NCBI GenBank assembly: GCA_038087875.1
Contig: JAXLNO010005343.1
Span: 62,001-126,000, forward strand
Length of the DNA: 64,000 nucleotides
Reading direction: 5' to 3'
Origin: Malacoraja senta
Taxonomy: Eukaryota
Numbering within the stretch: the stretch's first letter is position 1; each line of letters begins with the position of its first letter. The notes beneath the pieces are model-generated. The model searched no databases. It was not told where the DNA came from and worked only from the letters and a program-made list of their open reading frames with translations. A program made the position numbers and the translations under genes. Shown here piece by piece: positions 38,236-50,434 of this stretch.

Positions 38236-38860
38236 ATGTTCTCATCCAAATGACACGGTAACAGCTGGGAAGAAACTGTCACTAGATCTGGACGTATGCG
38301 TTTTCATACTTCTGTACCTCTTGCCTGGTGGGGGAGGGGAGAGGCCCTGTTGGGTTGAGACCCTGTCTTGATTATGCCGGTGACTTTGCGAGGCAGCGTG
38401 AAGTGGAGATGGAGTTAATGGCAGGGAGGTGGTTTTGCGTGACGGTTTGGGCTGGTCCACAATTCTCTGCTATTTTTTGCGGTCTTGGATGGAGCTATTC
38501 CCATATTCCTGTGATACATCCCGATAAAATGCTTCCAACGGTGCAGAGTCCTGAAAAGCGCTACATAAATAAAATCTATTATTATTATCTGTTCAGTTTT
38601 CTTAAAGTATGAGGAATACAGACAGGATAGATATTCAGAGTCTATTTCTTAATATTGTGGAGAATTATTTAACTGACGAGCGTATGCTTAGGATAAACAT
38701 GTATGCAGCATGCGGTCATGACCATGGACGAGCTGGCAAGGTGTTTGTGGAGGCAGACACAAATACAGCCTATCACTTGCATTTCCACAGGCACTTTCAT
38801 GGGGAAAACCTAGAGAGATAAGGATCTTATGCGGTTAGCTAGGATTTGCGGTGAAAGTCG

Positions 38861-38866
38861 TTTATT
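38861..38866 (-). terminator. Candidate polyadenylation signal of gene B
   Basis: AATAAA on the minus strand, ~235 nt downstream of the stop codon at 39101. Confidence 0.4.
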
Positions 38867-39100
38867 GTGCAGAACAGCTCTATGGTTGTACGATTCTATG
38901 ATCATTAATCGTTTTTCTGGTGACGTTAAGAAGGGTAACATTTATCAGAGTTGATCATCGCTCATTAAAATCCCCTGCTCACCGAGCATTGTCTTGTAAA
39001 TGATAATGTATGTGTGCGATCTTTGACTCAATGGTAATCAGGTTTATGAAATTTAAATATTGTTGGTTTTACAGTGAATGGACGTTTGCTGATTTCGCAG

Positions 39101-39223
39101 CTACTTAAAAATCATGATTCCTGCATACACTGTTTCATTATTCTTCGCCGTTCTTGGATCTTTCAGAGACGCGGTGAGATCCAGAGTTGCATAGGTCAGT
39201 TTATTTTGAGACATTTCCTTGAC
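39101..39223 (-). CDS. Gene B last coding exon VKEMSQNKLTYATLDLTASLKDPRTAKNNETVYAGIMIFK* (ITIM plus ITSM)
   Basis: Acceptor tgattatttttcgacag, phase 0, 123 nt ending in TAG. Contains LTYATL and TVYAGI. Confidence 0.9.
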   Translation of the reverse strand, partial: VKEMSQNKLTYATLDLTASLKDPRTAKNNETVYAGIMIFK

Positions 39224-39318
39224 CTGTCGAAAAATAATCAGAGATCATGAGTTGCTGATTCGCCTATATGTGCGATGTACACGAATTTTCCTTGCAGCAC
39301 AATTCCGCTTTATTTTAC

Positions 39319-39405
39319 CTGGCCATAGGTAATTTGTTTTTCCCGCCGTCTGTTTTTCTCAGTTTTCTTCTTTCCGCTGAAGTTCAAATCTGCGTACGTT
39401 GGATA
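39319..39405 (-). CDS. Gene B cytoplasmic exon YPTYADLNFSGKKKTEKNRRREKQITYGQ
   Basis: Acceptor atgttccctcag, donor CAG|gtaaaa, 87 nt, phase 0-0, 95-nt intron to the last exon. The ITIM ITYGQ|V is completed across the junction. Confidence 0.9.
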
Positions 39406-39648
39406 CTGAGGGAACATTTATTTGAAAGGAAATAAACTCCGCATTTACAAACAACTGCGAAGACGATCACACATAAAAGACGCTGGGTCTGCACGACCAA
39501 TCATTCCATTGCTATTTCTGGCCACATCCCTATGATGAGATTACTAAAAAAAGTAAACGGAAGCCACTAGTATCTAATTGGTTTGAGTTTCCTGAATAAT
39601 TAGTGAACTATTAGCTAAAATCGTGAAACCAATGGGCAGAACACTGAC

Positions 39649-39747
39649 CGGAAGTTTGTTGGATGATGACTTCGAGGACAATATATAGTTGACGCGATTT
39701 CTGGGCTCAGACATGTCAGCAGATTTTCCGTCATATATCAGTACGAG
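39649..39747 (-). CDS. Gene B possible optional cytoplasmic exon LVLIYDGKSADMSEPRNRVNYILSSKSSSNKLP
   Basis: Acceptor ttatattttttgcggtgtag, donor CCG|gtcagt, 99 nt, phase 0-0, open. Not needed to keep the frame. Confidence 0.45.
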
Positions 39748-39769
39748 CTACACCGCAAAAAATATAAGG

Positions 39770-40165
39770 TGTGAATTTTGAATTGGAACAGGATGGGCCT
39801 CGGTTATGATGCTTCACGAAGTGAACAATCCGCTCGACACAGACGGATTAGACATAACTGTTTAGGATACCAGCGGCTCTTTTTCCTGAGAAGAGTGGGG
39901 AAGTTTGGCATGATCGCCAGCATCCTCACAAACGTCTACAGTTGCACCATCCAGAGTCTGCTGACGGGCTGCACCACAGTCTGGTACGGGAACTGTTCTG
40001 CCCACAGCCGCAAATCACTACAGAGAGCGATGAAGGCAGCTCAGCACATCACTGGCAACTGTCCGCCGGATATTTTCCGCAGACGATACAGGAGCATGGG
40101 TGCACGTACCACCAGACTTAAGAACCGTTTTTATCATCATGCCATCAGGCTTCTGAACTCATAAA
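39770..40165 (+). mobile_element. Rex1/Babar-like LINE 3' fragment
   Basis: QRLFFLRR...ILTNVYSCTIQSLLTGCTTVWYGNC. Further fragments at ~38250-38520 (-), 52900-53660 (+) and 59720-59830 (+). Confidence 0.8.
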
Positions 40166-40269
40166 CACATCATATATGTTGATTATTTTATTTATTATCT
40201 ACCAATGTCCTACCAATGTCACTTTTATCTTATCTTTTTAATCTTAATTTTATCCTTGTAATATCATGG

Positions 40270-41097
40270 ACACCTGGACATCCGGTGGCGTTGTTACGGG
40301 CTGCCTCCGCCCACGGTCTGGTTGTCTTTTTTTTGTTGTTATGTTTAGAGTGTGTTATTTGGGGGGTTTCTGTATTTTATGTGGGGGGCAGCGGGTAGGG
40401 TAAGAGGGAAACCGTCCGTCAGTCGCTTCCTGGCGAGGATGTGGCTATTATCCGAGTCGCGTCCTCGCCCACCCCCTCTCGCGGCCTACCAACTGGATTG
40501 GCGCGGCCTTTCCTGCCGGGAACGGACCAGAACCTGGGATCGCCGCTTGGAGCTCAGGAGTGTTGGGCCGCTGCTCCAACACCGCGGAGCTGTGGGTGCG
40601 GAGCTCCCAAAGCGGGCGGCGCTGACTTTAACATCGCGGAGTCCTGGGACCCTTTGCCGCGGGTCGCCAGCGCAAATCTCCGCCCAGCGCGGCCTGTGGA
40701 CATCGGGAGCCGCGGACTCCGGTGGAAGGTGGCCGATTCAGAGGTCCAGGCCACTGAGGATGTTCTCCCGTTCGATGTCGGGGTTCCATCATTCCCGGCG
40801 AGAGGGCCTGAAAATTAGGCCGCCCGTAGCGGCGACTACGGGGTGCTCGGGAGCCCCCCGATCATTGGGGAACATCAGTGAGGAGGTTGATTGGACTTTG
40901 GTTCCTTCCCTCACAGTGGGGAACTTTGGTGCCGCTGTGGGGATGTTTGTGTTGTGGACTACTGTGTTCTGTGTTTGTGTGTTGTGTGGGTTTTTTTGTG
41001 TTTTTTTTTTGTATGACTGTAAGGGAAAGAGAATTTCGTTGTCTCTTAATTGAAGACAATGACAATAAATTAAATTAAATCAAATCAAATCAAATCA
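40270..41097 (+). mobile_element. GC-rich non-autonomous retroposon with LINE-like tail and (TCAAA)n end
   Basis: GC/CpG-rich body, GT-rich 3' part, ...aatttcgttgtc...gacaataaa followed by aatcaaatcaaatc. A shorter relative occurs at ~27780-27990. Confidence 0.5.
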
Positions 41098-41393
41098 TTG
41101 CTGAGGTGACCCGTTGTCTTGTCAAACACATTTCATTGTACTGTTGACCCTGTGTTAACCTACATATGACAAATAAAACTGAACTGATCGATACGCAAGT
41201 GCACGTCACTGACGATCATGGGCTATATCATAAGAATACAGAAGGATAAGGAAAATTGCAAACGAGGCACGTAGAGAGTTCCACGAAAAGTGGATCCATC
41301 CTGTTGTCCCATCAATGTGATTATAATTACGGACGTCCATTAGCAGAACATGATACAATAGGTTATATCTTGTTATACCATCAAAAAAATTAC

Positions 41394-41437
41394 CTGTTTT
41401 TCGAAGTGATGAGTTCTGTCCTCAATATTTTCTGGGG
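41394..41437 (-). CDS. Gene B first cytoplasmic exon (A)PENIEDRTHHFEKQ
   Basis: Acceptor ttttattatgttctctactag, donor CAG|gtaatt, 44 nt. It is the phase 1->0 bridge required between the TM and ITIM exons. Confidence 0.75.
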
Positions 41438-42109
41438 CTAGTAGAGAACATAATAAAACGACCAAATTTAATCATCAACGTATCACAACCTGCCTGCCGA
41501 TAGTCAGTTAATAATCGAGTTGTGACCAGATTCGTTCGGCTGCAGAAATTGACCATTGCGATCATGCTATTCTTGTTATTTGAACAAATCCTCTCCTCGT
41601 AAGTCATAATGCTAAGGAAAAGCACACGGAAAAGTTGAAACCCTATGGTTTGCTTCCGCTTTCCTGTGATAACTGCCCCTATTTAAACAACCCGACCTTT
41701 GCAGCATTTCACCCAGTGTTTAAAAGAGCCTTCTTTTTAGAACAAACGACAACTATGCTTTTGCAACCAACGGCTTAAACCGGTTAACATTTTGTTTCCC
41801 ACAGAATGCTGCGGTCGGGGAAATGCCATGTTGTTTAAATCTATCGTTATCTCAGCACTCCTCGTTGCTCCTTCAACTGAACATTGCCATTTTCGGTAAA
41901 AACACGAAGGGCTGTAGTAATTCAGCGGGTTAGGAAGCATCTACGGGGGGCATCGATGCCGAAGTTTCAAATGTGACTCAACCCCAAAAGTTCCCTATCC
42001 ATTGTATCCCCAGATGCTGCCAAACCGCTGAGTTACTCAAGCACTTTGCGTTTTGCATCTGCAGTTCCTTGTGTCGCTAATTTCGGACAAGAATCAACTA
42101 ATTTCTTAC

Positions 42110-42220
42110 CTTCAGTACTGTGTAATTTGCACCGCCTGGCAAAAAATAGCAGCGCTAGAATAATTAACACGCATGTGGCAAATCCACCCGTCAGAAAGTA
42201 GACAAGTTTAACGCGTGTTC
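42110..42220 (-). CDS. Gene B transmembrane exon GTRVKLVYFLTGGFATCVLIILALLFFARRCKLHSTE
   Basis: Acceptor cttttattttccctttag, donor G|gtaaga, 111 nt, phase 1-1. Uncharged 22-aa hydrophobic core followed by RRCK. Confidence 0.88.
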
Positions 42221-42319
42221 CTAAAGGGAAAATAAAAGCTAAATATTATAATTTTTCAGAGATTATCTTCATTGAATAATCAGATTACATGAACCAGTGA
42301 ATTGCAGAATGTGTCCACA

Positions 42320-42850
42320 TTTTCACTTTGCTACGCTGTATTCCATTACCCACTCTCCCAAACTGTCCAAGTACTTCAGCAAACTCCCTGCTTCCTCAAC
42401 ACTATCTGCCCCTGAACCTACCTTCGTGTCATCTGAAAACCTGGCGAAAATGCCATCAATTTCATCATCCAGATAATTAACATATAATGTAAAATGCAGC
42501 AGACACAACACCGACCCCCTGCAGAACACCACTAGTCAACCACAACAAACCACAAAAGGCCCCTTTATTGACACTGTTGTCTTCTGCCAGTTAGTGAATC
42601 TTCAATCCGTTCTAATCTAATGCCATGCGCTTCTATTTTGTTTAACGGCCTCACGTGGCACCTTATCAAAGGCATATTTAAATTCCAAGTAAACGACTCT
42701 TATTGACACTCTCTCGTTTATCCCGCTTGTTATCTCCTCAAAAAAACAGAAAGGGTTTGACAGGCAAGATCTCCCTTTAACAAAATTATGCTTATATTAT
42801 CATGTGCATCCAAGTACTCGAAACGTCATCCTTAATACGGATTCTAAAAT
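42320..42850 (-). mobile_element. Degraded CR1 RT fragment
   Basis: GSVLC...FTLYVNYLD...ARFSDDTKVG. Confidence 0.75.
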
Positions 42851-45349
42851 TTAAAATTTTCGATCAGTAGCCTTTAAAGAGGGCTGAACTTTGTTTTACT
42901 CTTCATATATTCTGTCTGATAATTATCTCAAACATTTTCCGTTGTTTCTCCTTCATACTTTATATCTACATACTATTTTGACATTGTACGGATGCGCTTG
43001 TCACCACCTCTTCCCGTTTCGCCGTGTCACTTGAATTCCCCGGCAATCAAAATATAAGCTTTAAGGTAACGAATTACCTGGAGTGAAAACATCAAAAATT
43101 TATTCCACTGGGCATAAAAAACACGATTTCTCGTGCACGATCTGTAATGTACTTTGTATTTGGTAAAATAGATTATTCTACTGGGTTTCGGGTCTGTGTC
43201 TTCTTAGTGTTGGGATCATTAATATCGTAAAGGCTGTTTAATTGACATATCGACCGTCTGTTGAAATTTTGGAAGGATAACTGCAGTCGATAGGATTCAT
43301 GTATCAACACGAGATCAGAATTATTCTGAGTTGTGATATATCTCTGAGAAGGTTTGGCGAACAAATCATTGACGCACCACCGAAGTGTTGCACGTGCACT
43401 ATCCCAGCTTTCAAAATGGTTTGAACAATATAGACGTTAGTCACGTTATACCATCCCGAGAAAGTGACACTCTGGATCCACTCCTGGCACATCTTCGCAG
43501 TTAGTAACTCTGCTGTTTCACATCTCCAGAGACCCTGGATCAATTCTGACCTCCAGTGTTCTCTGGAGTTTTTATATTCCCACGGTGACCACGTTACTTC
43601 CGTCGGGTACTCTAACATCTTCCCAAATCTCACCGACTTGCAGGATTGTTGGTTAATTGGCCATTATACGTAGTTATTAAGTTTGAAGAAGAGTCTCGAC
43701 CCGAAACGTCACCCATTTCTTCTCTCCAATGACGCTGCCTATCCAGTTGAGCTACTGCAGTATTTTGTGCCTATCTCCGTCAGTAATGTGATGGTCATTT
43801 TGTGGGGAGTTGATAGGACTGTGCCGGGAATGAAATGGGGCGACAGTAGGTTTTGTACAATTAGGGACTAGCTGATCCCAAGCACCTGTTTTCTTCCTTT
43901 AACTACATAAAACATTTACACCCGAGCCGTTGGTTTTGGGCCTGGAGAAAAGTATAGTCTCCGTCGCTGCGATTGAGCTCATTATTCATCATAGCGGGGA
44001 AGTGGAAATTTTACATTTAACGTTTGTACCTTATGAAAACCGAAACGACGAAGAGACAACCAAGATTAAACGATTGGATTTATAAAGCAAAAAACAAAAT
44101 ATACAATGGGGTGTACCTGTCCAGAGTATTTCATAATGGTGACTAAAGTTAAGGCAGGAACACAGCTAATGGGATCATTATTTATCAAGAAAGAACTAAC
44201 ATGTAAAAGCAAGGAGGTTGTACCATTTATTTTGGATAGAAAGTACGTCCAGTGCAAGATTGGGCAAATAAGTTAAGGGCAATCTTTGCAATGCTCTCTC
44301 TACATTAGCTTTCCATTTCAATCTCATTTTTTCCACATCCATCTTGGGGGAGGGGGATGCTGCTATTAATTCCCATTACCAGCCCGCGTACACGCACAGT
44401 TATCTCCAGCGCATTTCCTCTGACTCAGCCAGGTCAACGGGCTCCATTACCTATATGTATTTTCTGAGACATTGTTTGACATTTTCTGATAATCGTACGT
44501 TCTGTAATCGCAAATTTCACTGGACCTTAATTGGTACATGTGACAGTAAACTGACCTTGAAACCTTGAAACGTTGTATCGCTGTTTCTATAAGCACCCTT
44601 TACCTCAACGTGTTTGCCTCCATCACAGTTTGGTTCACAGCCATGCATGCTCAATTTATCAGTCAGCTGCTCTGAAATCTCGTCCCAACACCCACCTGGA
44701 ACAAGAAGAGCTTTCTCCTTGTCCATAAGGTCAATGTCATAAGGAATAGGAGTAGAATTAAGCCATTCGGTCCATCAAGTATACTCTTCAATGCAATCAT
44801 GGCTGAACTATCTCTTCCCCCTAACCCCACTCTTCAGCCTTCTCCCCATAACCTCTGACACCTCTACTAATGAAGAATCTATCTCTCTCTGCCTATAAAA
44901 TATCCACTGAATGCCTCCACAGCCTTCTGTAGCAAATTATTCCATAGATTCGCCGATAATCTGCAAGTAATCTTAAGTAATTTTAAATGCTGCAGAAATA
45001 ATAATGAGTTCGAAAAAAATCCCATTATTTCAATTCGAAACCTGAAACTCTCAGACCAATAAAACAATGAGTGCAAGTCAGAGGCAGCGAAAACTTCAGA
45101 AGGAGGATTTAACAGGCCTGGGGTTCATTGAGAAGGGCAATCACCACCTTGGACTCAACAGCGACACATCTAGCAGAGCTGCTGTTTCACAGCACCAGAG
45201 ATACAGGTGCAATTCTAAATTGGGCCCTGTCTATGTGAAGTTTGCATTCTCTCTGAAATCATGTGGGGTTTCTCCTGGTGCTCCAGGTTTCTCTCAACCC
45301 CCAAAGACGTGTGGATTTGTGCAGCAGCAATCCACTCCAGGATAGGTAT

Positions 45350-45760
45350 AAAGGGATAGGAGTAGAATTAGGCGATTCGACACATCAATTCTACTTCGCC
45401 ATTCAATCGTGGCTATCTATCTCTCCCTCCTAACCCCACTCTCATGCCTTCACCCCATAAGCTCTGACACTTGTACTAATGAAGAATCTATCTATCTCTG
45501 CCTTAAAAATATCCACTGACTGCCTCCACTGCTTTCTTTTAATAATTTAATTCTGAGGCTATGACCTCTAGTCCTAGACTCTCCCGCAAGTGGAAACATA
45601 CTCTCCACATGCACTCTATCCAAACCTTTCACTATTCTGTATGTTTCAATGAGGTCCCCCATTCTTCTGAACTCCAGCGAATACAGGCCAAGTGCCGACA
45701 AACGCTCAACATAGGTTGATCTACTCATTCCTGGGATCATTCTTGTAAACATCTTCTGTA
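45350..45760 (-). mobile_element. CR1 3' fragment; a similar 3' end occurs at 44740-44940
   Basis: RMIPGMS...LYSLEFRRMGDLIETYRI...TRGHSLRI. Confidence 0.8.
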
Positions 45761-45919
45761 CGACTACCCTCTAATCTCATGGAATCATGCTCTATATTTT
45801 AAACGACCATCGGAGTCATGGCACCAGCTGGCAGCTGATCTCCCTCTACTTTCTTTATCGCAAAAGCATTATTTCACCACAAACCATCTTCACTTTCCTG
45901 TATCCGCGAACACCTATTT

Positions 45920-46071
45920 GCCTTCTCACCATACCTTCGCATTCAGCGATATTGTAATGTTTGCCCTTTCAAAACTTCCATTAACACCACCCAGGGTGCC
46001 TTCTCATCATACCTTCGCATTCAGCGATAGATATTATAATGTTTGCCCTTTCAGAACTTCCATTAACACCA
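45920..46071 (+). repeat. Tandem direct duplication of ~72 bp
   Basis: gccttctca(c/t)cataccttcgcattcagcgat...tgtttgccctttca(a/g)aacttccattaacacca occurs at 45920-45990 and 45998-46071. Confidence 0.9.
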
Positions 46072-47888
46072 TCTGCTTACTCCCTCCAGGGTTAACCTTT
46101 TCCGATTTCAATTACGACAGTATATTTGGTGAGGTCTATTTCACTTGGGAAATACCAGCTGTAGAGCTACTGCCTGAACAGCGCGAGAGACGCAGGTTTG
46201 ATCCTAACCATGGATGCTGTCCGTGTGGAATGTCTACGTTCAAATGTGACCGCGTTGGTGTTCTTCGGGTATTACGGTTTCCTCCCACATCCCTTGATTG
46301 TGGAGGTGTGAAAGCTAATTGGCTTCTGTAATTTGTCGCCAGTGTGTAGTGAGTGAATGATAAAGTGTTCTAACAGAGAAATATATGCAGGTGATCGATG
46401 ATCAGCGTGGACTTGGTGGGCTACCTCAATGAAGTCTCAAAAAAAGCGTTATGGAATATCTTCCAACTACATGGACTAAAACTTTAGACCTGAAAAATAT
46501 ATTCAACAATTTCAGAAATTTGGAAGTATACTGGCAGTTTCTATGAATGAAAATAATGGGATAACTTCCAGCTGCTGGGCGCATAAAATTAACAAAACAT
46601 AGAGATGTCTGGGAGCACGGAACAGATCAGACAGTTCAGACGAACGCCTACCAGCCGGAATTATCGCTACTCCTTATTGTATGTATGACCGTTCGAACAT
46701 TTTCTTATTTCTCCTTTCTTTTCATTTTCCTCTTCTGTTTGAATCTCATCACAGATCAGTAACCATGAAAAAAGAAAACATCGAAGTTAATGACCGCGTC
46801 TGTTATTAAATCTCCCTTGGCCTCTCTCTTCAGGCTTGTTGTTTTGGTCCCTTGAAACTTGAAATATGTTGGATTACCATCTCTCTCCAATCTCCAAGGT
46901 TACAGTGATAAGACTGAAAATTATTTTACATATACACAGAAAACAGTGCCCTTATTATGCAGGGAAACAGCTTTACAAGTATCTGCTGAGACGACTTATA
47001 GACAATAGACAATAGACAATAGGTGCAGGAGTAGGCCATTTGGCCCTTCGAGCCAGCACCGCCATTCAATGTGATCATGGCTGATCATCCTCAATCAGTT
47101 CCCCGTTCCTGCCTTCTCCCCATATCCCCTGACTCCGCTATTTTTAAGAGCCCTATCTCGCTCTCTCTTGAAAGCTTGTTGGTGTTCTGTGTGCTGTTCT
47201 GGTCATCCTGCTATACGTAGCATGCCATTAAGTTAGAAAAGGTGCAGAAATGATTCACCAAGTAGTGCCTGGAATTCATGGCTGGAGTTATACGGTGATG
47301 CTGAGTAGGTTGTGACTTCTGCCCATGAGGCATAGGCGGTTTACCCAATTAAAGTATATAAAATTATGATGGTCGTAGAGAAAGTGAATGCTTACAGTTG
47401 TTTTCCCCAGCGTAATGGATTTTGAACATGGAAAATTAAGAGGGGCCCAAGGGGCAATTTCTTTCCGAGGAAGCTGCAGAAGCGTATACAATTGTGATTT
47501 TCAAAGGATATTTGGATAGATATTTGGATAGGGGAAATGTGTCAAATGCGGGCAGATGAGTCTAGTCCAGAATGCCAACTTGCTTGACGTCGACAGGGCG
47601 GGTCGAAGGGTCTTGCCTCCATGCTGTGTAGCTCTATATAATCAGAGATAAACAGCGAGTTCAAGCATTCGCTATTAAAAAACCATACAAACACAACTGT
47701 CATCTTTGCACGATGTCTCTTACTAACCAGTATCTAATTTCCTAGACTTGTCATACCTTTTCATTTCAACAAAGACAAGCTCACTATCTTCATTTAAACA
47801 CTTAAAACGGTCTGGCGTGTGTTTTGGGTGGTAATTCATGAAATGCCATGACATGAAACAGACATTATTGAAAGTATTATCCTCATAC

Positions 47889-48170
47889 CCATTCCAAGAA
47901 TTCTGTGAGTTTCAACGGTCGGAACCAGGAGGGTGACGTGAGACACATTGCAACTATAAACCGATCGGCTATCCACTACTTGCAGGAAGCTGGAAGCAAG
48001 GTATAATCCCTCGTCGTTCCGTATTTTAGTGGTACTTATTCCAGAAGTGATTTCGTGGTCATCTTTATACCAGGTAAGTTCACAGTCCTTCGGGAAAAAC
48101 GGAGCAGTTGTACAGTTTAGTGCCAGGGAAGGAGTGTTCATCTGTTTAATCTTCAAAGGCGTCGGTGACA
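47889..48170 (-). CDS. Gene B C1-set Ig domain exon
   Basis: (V)SPTPLKI...LNCTTAPFFPKDCELTWYKD...EGLYLASSFL...YSCNVSH. Acceptor aattgtttgcag, donor G|gtatga, 282 nt, phase 1-1. Confidence 0.92.
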
Positions 48171-48299
48171 CTGCAAACAATTTAAGATAAAGGAGTTAGC
48201 ACCCCTATATCTTTATTTAGAAGACCATATAATCGCTTTCGAAATGGATAATACCATAACTTCTTGAGCGTTCCTTTAATAGTAAAATATTTAACTCTG

Positions 48300-50082
48300 T
48301 TGTTGGGAAACTAACCGAAAGGGCGGGACGCCTAAAAGCCAACTAACCGAAAGGCTGCGTCGCCAACAAGTCAATTAACCGAATGGCCGCCCAACCGAAA
48401 AGTCAAATAACCGACATGACGTCACAGGGTGCGGGACTTGTCAGCGATTGGTCCAGATCCCTGCGTACATCACGTCTGACTACACTTATGCAGAGCAGCT
48501 ATGGAAGTTGAGAAAACTGGCACTGACCGCGGTCTATGTGAAGGGACAGCACCTACCAACAATGAAGGCACCATAAAACCAGCTGCCACAAGCCCTTCCC
48601 ACGGAACGGGGTTTTAACTCGGCATGAAAAGTCAAAAAAGAGTTACATTAATTTAATAACAAAAATGTTACATGTATAAATGGTTCTTACATTTGGGAAA
48701 CTGGTTAATTAAGTGGTGGGTTTATTTCCCTGTCCTAACTATGCCTTCGCTTTAGCAGGTGGTCACATCCATTCCATCCCTCTCTTGCAAATGTATAGAT
48801 GCAGGCGCATGAAAAGCCGATGAAATGAGATGAGAAATGAGAAATACATGAAGCCGATGAAATGAGACAACTGTCACACCAAAGATACACAAAATGCTGG
48901 AGTGTCTCAGTGGGACAGGCAGCATCTCTGGAGAGAAGGAATGGGTGGCGTTTCGGGTCGAGACCTTCAGACACAGTCTTCAGGTCTGAAAAATGGTTTC
49001 GACCCGAAACGTCACGCATTCCTTCTCTCCAGAGATGCTGGCTGTTCCGCTGAGTTACTCCAGCTTTTTTGTCCATCTTCGGTTAAGGCAGTTTACAGAT
49101 TACCTGGTGTTTTTGTGCGTGTGAGCTTGTGTGCGTTACGCAGGCAACCAGACGGTAATACATAAAACATGCTTCTTGTTGTCAGGAGGGGGGAGAGGCA
49201 GGAGATAACATTGTTCGTTGTCATGCACACTTGTCATCGGCCCGCCAGGGAATTTATGTGTGTCCCCCATGTTTAAAAAGCGATTTACTATGGCTGCCAA
49301 TGCCCCGAGGCGAGTGACCCCGCGGCCGGGGTGGGGATGAATCACCCGGTGTGGGTGTCAGGTTGTAAATCACCCCGTGAGTGGGTCGGGGTCCGGGGGT
49401 CGGGGGGGAAATCACCCTGGTGTGGGGGTTGGGGTCTGATGGCGGTGCATCGTGGTCAATGACTCTGAGAGGGACCAGCCTGTCCCACACCTCTGCTCCA
49501 CCCAGCGCTGCCGACACACAACCGTCACAGTGCGGCCGCACGGTAGAGACGAGGCGGAGGGCGGCCGTGGTCATGGGAGAGTGGGGGTTGTCCGAAGGGA
49601 TGCGCTCCTTCGGCCCCTTACAACTTGGTGCTCGGATTCAAAGTCCCCAGTCACCTATGGCTTGTGTGGGAAAATGACCCCCACCCTCCCGTCTCCACCG
49701 GCCAGTGATGTGATGGACGCGAGGGTCTGGACCAATCGCTGACGTGTCCGGCCCCCCGGCGATGTCATGTCCGTTATTTGACTTTTCGGTTGAGCGCCAT
49801 TCGGTTAGTTGGCTTGTAGGCGACGCAGCCTTTCGGTTAGGTGGCGTTTCGGCAGAGCGGCCATTCAGTGAGTTTGCTTTTAGGCGACGCAGCCTTTCAG
49901 TTAGTTGGCTTTTAGGCGTCCCGCCCTTTGGTTAGTTTGCATTTAGGCGCCCCACCCTTTCGGTTAGTTGGCGTTTCGGCTTTGTACGCTTTCGGTTATT
50001 TGGCGTTTCGGCTTAGTTTCCCTTCAGTTATTTGGCTTCCACTTCTTGGTTCGGCTTCTCGTCCTTCGACGCCACCGGGTAC
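48300..50082. mobile_element. Foldback/MITE-like non-autonomous DNA element with repetitive long inverted termini
   Basis: 48311-48435 (aactaaccgaaagg... arrays) is the reverse complement of ~49760-49940. The right arm carries extra tttcggtt units to ~50080. No transposase ORF. Confidence 0.7.
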
Positions 50083-50434
50083 CATGACATAAACTATCGA
50101 ACTTGTAATAAGGATCAATTAAAAGCAAATCACACCCGATATCTCAAGTAAACCAAATAATTTAATGTGCCGCAATCAGATAGTAGGCCTTACAATAATT
50201 CTGTTCCCGATGCAAACGAATATGATTATTAAGTTATACTATATCAGACACTTCCAGTTATTTCAAATTTAACCATGACATTGCAAAGCTTACGTTTAAA
50301 GAATCAACAAGAAGATCGACTGAAAGAATGCAGAAGAAATTATTTTTATGGGAAAGAAGAAGATTCATGGGGATGAGGATACGGAAAGATGGTATGTTTC
50401 ATCAACTGTGGTCATGGCGAATAGGATACATGGG

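Noticed and set aside
40352-41053. 233-aa ORF
   Set aside because: Stop-poor GC-rich repeat with no domain motifs, antisense within a gene B intron.
41849-41911. ALRVFTENGNVQLKEQRGVLR* as a short-tail exon after the gene B TM
   Set aside because: The acceptor lies in a degenerate PLE repeat. The 41394-41437 exon has better sites and restores the ITIM frame.
43304-43633. ORF with GWYNVTNVY resembling a C1 E/F strand
   Set aside because: No Cys/Trp framework. Its first half is the antisense of a SINE.
48311-48420. CRISPR-like or RSS-like repeat array
   Set aside because: Eukaryotic context, no unique spacers of regular length, and no heptamer/nonamer. The units are subterminal repeats of an inverted-repeat element.
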